Positions 35,689-41,616 of a stretch of 41,616 nucleotides of DNA are shown one piece after another. Made by a program: the position numbers and the translations under genes. The DNA comes from Octopus sinensis. Its lineage: Eukaryota. The notes below the pieces were generated by a model. That model was not told where the DNA came from, made no database searches, and saw only the letters and a program-made list of their open reading frames with translations. The DNA lies in NCBI RefSeq assembly GCF_006345805.1, contig NW_021835253.1, positions 1 to 41,616 on the forward strand, in the 5' to 3' direction. The first letter of the stretch is position 1. Each line of letters opens with the position of its first letter.

Positions 35689-36200
35689 CTAATATCCAGC
35701 CCTGAGTGCCGAGATAAGAGTATCTGGAAATGTCAGTTTCCTAGAGAAAACACTTCCAGAGCGATGCCATAGGAGCAGAAATGAGATAACCTCTTTCTCT
35801 ACTCGATGACCGTGGCCGACATATTGTAGCCGTTTCTGCTTTAACTTGAGGGATATTGGTATCATATTTCCGTAGATGTTACTAAGTGTTGTGTGTGATC
35901 TCCAACTAATGTCCTGTATCTTTCTGAGCAAGTTGGTATATGTTCCATCTGGTTGTTTTTTCTAAGAGACCCCGATAAGGTCCAGGTCTCTGATCCATAG
36001 AGAAGGACCGGCTCAATCAGTATTCTAAATATTTTAACTTTTAACGTGGGCGGAAGGTTTGCGTGCCAGATCTTATCAAGTCTGTTACATGCATCCCAAG
36101 CAAGCGCTTTGCGGATGCAAATGTCCTTTTGGGAGTCTACTATATGTGATCCAAGATATGTGAAGTCGTCAACGTTTTTGATTGATATATTATTGACCGA
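35689..36200 (-). pseudogene. 5'-truncated RTE-clade LINE: C-terminal part of the reverse transcriptase ORF, one frameshift
   Basis: Minus strand NVDDFTYLGSHIVDSQKDICIRKALAWDACNRLDKIW...IEPVLLYGSETWTL, then LRKIQDISWRSHTT...RLQYVGH. Confidence 0.88.
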
Positions 36201-36389
36201 TTTAAGTTTAGTTAATTCTCTGTCTGTCTATCTGTCTATCTATCTACTTATCTATCTATTAATCTATCTATCTATTTTTCTGTGTAATTAGTTAATTAGC
36301 AATGCATGGATGTCTCTATCTATATATTTATGTATATTTGTAACTAACTTGTTAGCTACATATGTATATATGTAGCTATGTATTCAAAT

Positions 36390-36495
36390 ATGCATTTAAG
36401 CATGCGAATTAGTGCTTGCATTCATGTATGCATTTAAGCATGCGAATTAGTGCTTGCATTCATGTATGCATTTATGCATGTGTGTTAGTGCTTGC
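36390..36495. repeat. 38 bp tandem duplication (2 copies plus a partial)
   Basis: atgcatttaagcatgcgaattagtgcttgcattcatgt at 36390 and 36428. Confidence 0.9.
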
Positions 36496-37173
36496 GCACA
36501 AGCGCATGCATACGCAGGTATTACAACAATATATCAGAAGTCACAGCTTTTCACGTATTCAACTTCTAAACTACATCAGAGGTAAACCATGTTGGCATTT
36601 TTATGCACTTTTCTTGCAATTTCGCTTTGTTTTCCTTATCTTTTTTACTGTTTCTTAAGGTTATGGTGATAAACCCATACTGACTATAACAATACCATTC
36701 GCTTCGCTAATCCGTTTGTTCTGATCTCAAGAATTCTGTCCGGCCGCATAACGTTATAACCTGTAGTAAATTTACTCTGGCGGTACAAAAACCCAGTTCT
36801 GTGTGAAACCGTATTATTTATTTTACGTCTGTGGATCGCTGATGAAGATTGCAAGCTAGAGACGTGTACATGGTTCAACGATAACATAATTCCGTATTTT
36901 AGATTTATTCACTATCACTTCGCTTTCAATCTGTCATTCACGTATTGTTTATATTCTGTTACTGGCTTCAGCCATTGAACGATCATGCTGGAGCAGTGCA
37001 TTCAAGGGATTAGTCATATATATCGATCCTAGTACCTATTTAAACTGGGTACATATTTTAACAGATTCTATCTCGTAAGAGGACTCAATTTAAACAACAA
37101 TGACTATAAGATCGTTGTATTCAGAAACATTTATATATCTTTTATTTATAGTTAGGTCTGCCTGTCTGTCTGT

Positions 37174-37215
<42 letters not shown>

Positions 37216-37224
37216 ATATATATA

Positions 37225-37267
<43 letters not shown>

Positions 37268-37399
37268 CGTGTCTTTTTCTTTTAGCTTGTATTGGTTTCA
37301 GTCAGAGGCTGAGGCCATGTTGGGTTACCGCCTTTCAGCATGATCGAGATTATTTTTCTGTATTCTGTCTTGTGAAGTAGCGAATTGGGCTCATGTACG

Positions 37400-37802
<403 letters not shown>

Positions 37803-38468
37803 TGTTTGTTTCTTTATTGGTCACACAGGGCTGAACACATTTTTTTACATCGAAAACACTCTCTGATCGGGTACTCATATGACCTAAGACGTTCCAACTG
37901 TGAACATCCTATCTTTGTACGTTTAGAACTACATTGTGAAAGGTTTCCCTCCTTTCGCCTGAGAGTAAGTGGTAATTTCAAGGAAATCATGTTTACAAGC
38001 TCCATGATTGCTAGGTGTGTTTTCTTTTTTGTGAATGTGTGCATGTGTGTGTTTGTGTGTGTGTGAGTGTGTGTGTGTGTACTAAACACACAGTAGTGAA
38101 TGAAATCTGTCTCTCAATCTGTCTCTCCTTCCCTCTCTCCCCCCTCTCTCTCCCCTTCTCTCTCTTTAGTTCATTCACACAAACACGCATACACAAATAT
38201 ATATACTTTATTTGTGGTTTAATATGGCAACCAATAGTTTCGTGCGCAGAGATTTTCACAATTGTTCGAGCATTCCACATGGAAGTATTGGTACTCGTCT
38301 CCACTTTGGATAAGTTCAGCTTAAAATTTAAGTTGCACAACAAACACCTAGTATTTAGAACTTCAAGTGTATTATCTTCAGATCATTTAGTATGAATCCA
38401 GAGTTGAATATGGCAGAGTACATATAATAAAAGAAAAAGCGAGTGATTGTTTATAAAATATTTAATTA

Positions 38469-38688
38469 CAGTAATCCCTCGACACTCGCGGGTGTTACGT
38501 TCCAAAAGAAACCCGCGATAGGTGAAAATCAGCGAAGTAGAAACAGTACTGTACTTTATATTTTTATTATTTTTATAATTTCTATATATTTATTTTATTA
38601 TAAATGCAAAAGAACACCGCGGAGGAATAGACGTAAGCTTAAATAATAAACCGTGATAGGTGAACCGCGATATGGCGAGAGATTACTG
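38469..38688. mobile_element. Tigger/pogo-type MITE
   Basis: TA|CAGTAATCCCTCG ... CGAGAGATTACTG|TA; 220 bp, AT-rich core. Confidence 0.85.
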
Positions 38689-38794
38689 TATACTATATAC
38701 CACCTAATACCAAATATAAACTGCCTTCCCAACCTCATTCAAAACAGTTGGTTGCTATTTCCACGCTAGCAATTCTGTCACCCATTCAGTAATG

Positions 38795-39323
38795 ATATAT
38801 AGATGTTTTCGATCTAGTTTGGATTCTTTGCCATCAAATTTGAATTCTTTGCAATCAAATTTGAATTTTTCAATTGGTGCTCAAATCTTGAAAAACAAAA
38901 GAGAGTTAAACTACATCAGCCGTAAGGGAATACATATCTATCTTGTCTAACTCGCCCAGTAGATCCCACCAATTGATATCTGAAAAGTTCGATGAAATAA
39001 CTCATGAACACTGCGATAGCTTCTACAAAAAGATGCTCCGTTACGTCGACCGGTCTGAACAAGGGGAGATAATAAACGAATGATTCTTTTTTCTATTATC
39101 TCCCCTTGTTCGACGTAGCGGAGCATCTTTTGGTAGAAGCTATCGCAGTGTTCATGAGTTATTTCATCGAACTTTTCAGATATCAACTGTTGGGTTCTAC
39201 TGGACGAGTTAGATAAGATAGACATGTATTACGGCTGATGTAGTTTAACTCTCTTTTTTTTTCAATTGAAAAATTCAAATTTGATTGCAAAGAATCCAAA
39301 TTAGATCGAAAACATCTATATAT
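38795..39323. repeat. ~530 bp palindrome whose arms encode a Tc1/IS630-like transposase C-terminus
   Basis: Arms 38795-39074 and 39094-39323, 19 nt loop; left arm reads LISEKFDEITHEHCDSFYKKMLRYVDRSEQGEIINE* with the stop at 39081-39083. Confidence 0.85.
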
Positions 39324-39539
39324 AAAGGTTATACGTCTCTGAAGATTTGACAATGCAATTTGCTTATGTAATTTACATTCTTTCACTAGTTACTCAGTCT
39401 TTGTCATGAAATGTATGTAAAATGATGTAACCAAATATATTAATAAACAAGCTATTACCTTTTGTTTTGTTATATATCATGAGATAGTTCGCAGTTCCTT
39501 TCACAGATTGCTGAAAGGAAAGTAGTAAAGCAAAAAAAA

Positions 39540-40800
39540 ATGTTTTCGATTGCAAACAGGCGCAAGGTTAAATTTCATCATGAGCAAGATATGTCTTAAT
39601 TGGAAGCATCAAGAAAAATTGCGACCTCAAGATGTGCCTTGCAGTAAGTTATCAAACGTGACGGATGAAAGTGAAGGAATTAAAGATAGAATGGGAGAGC
39701 CTCAAAAGTATTTTAAAACCTGTTAAACATCTTGAGTTTACACCTTTGAGATATAAAAGTAATTTATACTTTGGTTACATCAGATCTTGCACAATCCTTT
39801 GAAACTGATGTTCATCTTTCAGGTGTGCGGTGGGTACTCCTAAATGGGTTTCGTGATTTTGTGGCTAAAAAAACAGCTGAATTTACTGAAAAAGAATACT
39901 CAAAAGAGATTACTTTATGCCAGAACATACAATGTATAATCGAAGATTGTGTTGAGAAGAGATGAGCCTTATTTCAGGATCTTTTTAATACTAAAAGTAG
40001 GGAGTATATAAGACGCTAAATGGAAGAGTGAAAATGAGTGTTTAACATCTAAAATTAAACAGGATAGAGGATCTGTAAATGCCTGTGGTTATTTGTCAGC
40101 CAACAGAGTCGGGGATATGTTAAAAATAGACGAAACAATTAATACTGAGATATATTGCCAGATATTAATCCACCGCGTAATGTCATCCGGAAGGAGTCCT
40201 ATTGGGAACAAATTTGTTTTTTGCGTGATAATCGTAAACACATCGCTTAAGCAGTAGAAAATTTGGTTAGAGAGGTGGTGGAAGCACTCCGTCGGTTACG
40301 ACGATGAGGGTTCCGGTTGATACGAATCAACGGAATAGCCTGCTCGTGAAATTAACGTGTAAGTGGCTGAGCACTCCACAGACACGTGCACCCTTAACGT
40401 AGTTCTCGGGGATATTCAGCGTGACACAGAGAGTGACAAGGCCGGCCCCTTGAAATACGGTACAACAGAAACAGGAAGTAAGAGTGAGAGAAAGTTGTTG
40501 TGAGAGTACAGCAGGGATCACCACCAATCCCCTGCCGGAGCCTCGTGGAGCTTTTAAGTGTTTTCGCTCAATCAACACTCACAAACCGCCGGTCTGGGAA
40601 TCGAAACCGCGATCCTATGACCGCGAGTCCGCTGCCCTAACCACTGGGCCATTGCGCCTCCACTGGTTAGAGAAGAAACAACGATATAACGATTAACGCG
40701 AGTCCTCTCAAAGACTAGAACTGATCACTACTGAACCGTTCAGATCAGAGAAAAGCCGAGGGGCAGAAAAAGTTCATAGAAAAATTACAGGAAGTTCGTC
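39540..40800 (+). pseudogene. Heavily decayed Tc1-like transposase, split by a SINE
   Basis: YLSANRVGDMLKIDETINTEIYCQILIHRVMSSGRSPIGNKFVF (about 40090-40220) parallels Tc1 WGCFSA.GVG.LVKIDG.MNAE.Y.QIL; N-terminal remnant near 39560-39710. Confidence 0.65.
40274..40663 (-). mobile_element. SINE family E with 10 bp TSD
   Basis: Near-identical to 30431-30801; TSD tggttagaga at 40264-40273 and 40664-40673. Confidence 0.92.
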
Positions 40801-40905
40801 TGAGAGTCTCGAATATTATTCCACCAGATTATGTTGTCAAATTACAGTTTAGCATTTATTCCAAAGAATATTGAAGTTGTTTCATCAATTAAGTCATACT
40901 TTATA

Positions 40906-41208
40906 TCTTTATATATAAAAGTCAAGTTGTGTGTCTGTCCCCTACGATTTAGATTCCTAACTACTCCCACATTTTGCAGTGCAGTTTAACCAAAACCGGG
41001 TATCTTATAGTCGTGATTCATATCGAGCCCTTCTGGGTATTAGCGCGCGTCTACGATGAGTCTACGATTTAAAAAAAAATTACCATCATTTTTTCCATTT
41101 TAATGCATTTTTTCGCTATTATACAAGGGAAGTAACTCTCTAAAAATGTCTACGATGAGTCAACGATTTTAAAAAAGATTTACCATCATTTTTTTGCTAT
41201 ACTGCTAG
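40906..41208 (+). mobile_element. Non-autonomous Helitron, second copy, lacking the subterminal hairpin
   Basis: A|TCTTTATATATAAAA start and CTAG|T end; high identity to 12647-13007. Confidence 0.88.
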
Positions 41209-41284
41209 TTATTTATAAAATTAACTTAGAATCATTATCTGTCAAATGTTATCCTAAAATTAACAGGTTTATATAAGAATTTAA

Positions 41285-41504
41285 TGGTGGTTTCAAATTT
41301 TGGCACAAGGCCATCAATTTTAGGGGTGAGAGTTAAGTGGATCACATCAACCCCAGTCTTCAAAAGATACTTGTTGTATCGACCCCGTAAGGGTGGAAGG
41401 CAAAGTTGACGTCGGCGGAATTTGAATTTGGAACATAATGATCCGAAGAAATGCCGTAAAGCAATTTTTCCGATGTGCTAACTATTCAGCCGGTCCGTCG
41501 CCTT
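41285..41504 (-). mobile_element. Diverged SINE family B
   Basis: Minus strand taaggcgacgg...ttcaaattccgccgacgtcaactttgccttccaccc. Confidence 0.75.
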
Positions 41505-41616
41505 ATGTAAATATTTAGTAATAACATAGGATTTTAAAATCCTTTATATATTCTGAATAAATTTTAGATAACATCTATAGGCGCCTAAGACTTTTGCACA
41601 AACGTATGGTATGTGA

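Overview
AT-rich, repeat-dense eukaryotic DNA with very abundant microsatellites. The SINE families and simple-repeat load look like an octopus (cephalopod) genome; this is my recognition, not a database result. I found no host protein-coding gene I can support. Almost all long ORFs in the track are translations of simple repeats, and the real protein homology is limited to decayed transposases (mariner, Tc1/IS630-like) and LINE reverse transcriptases (RTE, Tx1/L1-like). The window contains many tRNA-derived SINEs, two non-autonomous Helitrons, a Helentron/HINE-like element, hAT and Tigger-like MITEs, and a ~4 kb 40-bp minisatellite. The most interesting region is 5397-7467, a cluster of four adjacent fold-back elements. 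It holds two intact-looking type I hammerhead ribozyme motifs facing outward on opposite strands of a ~350 bp palindrome, plus a third minimal hammerhead bracketed by its own inverted repeats. Decayed hammerhead cores occur at 11602-11655 and 28051-28088. Also notable are a ~530 bp palindrome built from a transposase C-terminus (38795-39323) and a locally duplicated splice-acceptor/mini-ORF block whose two copies differ by an in-frame 18-nt indel (1584 and 2005).
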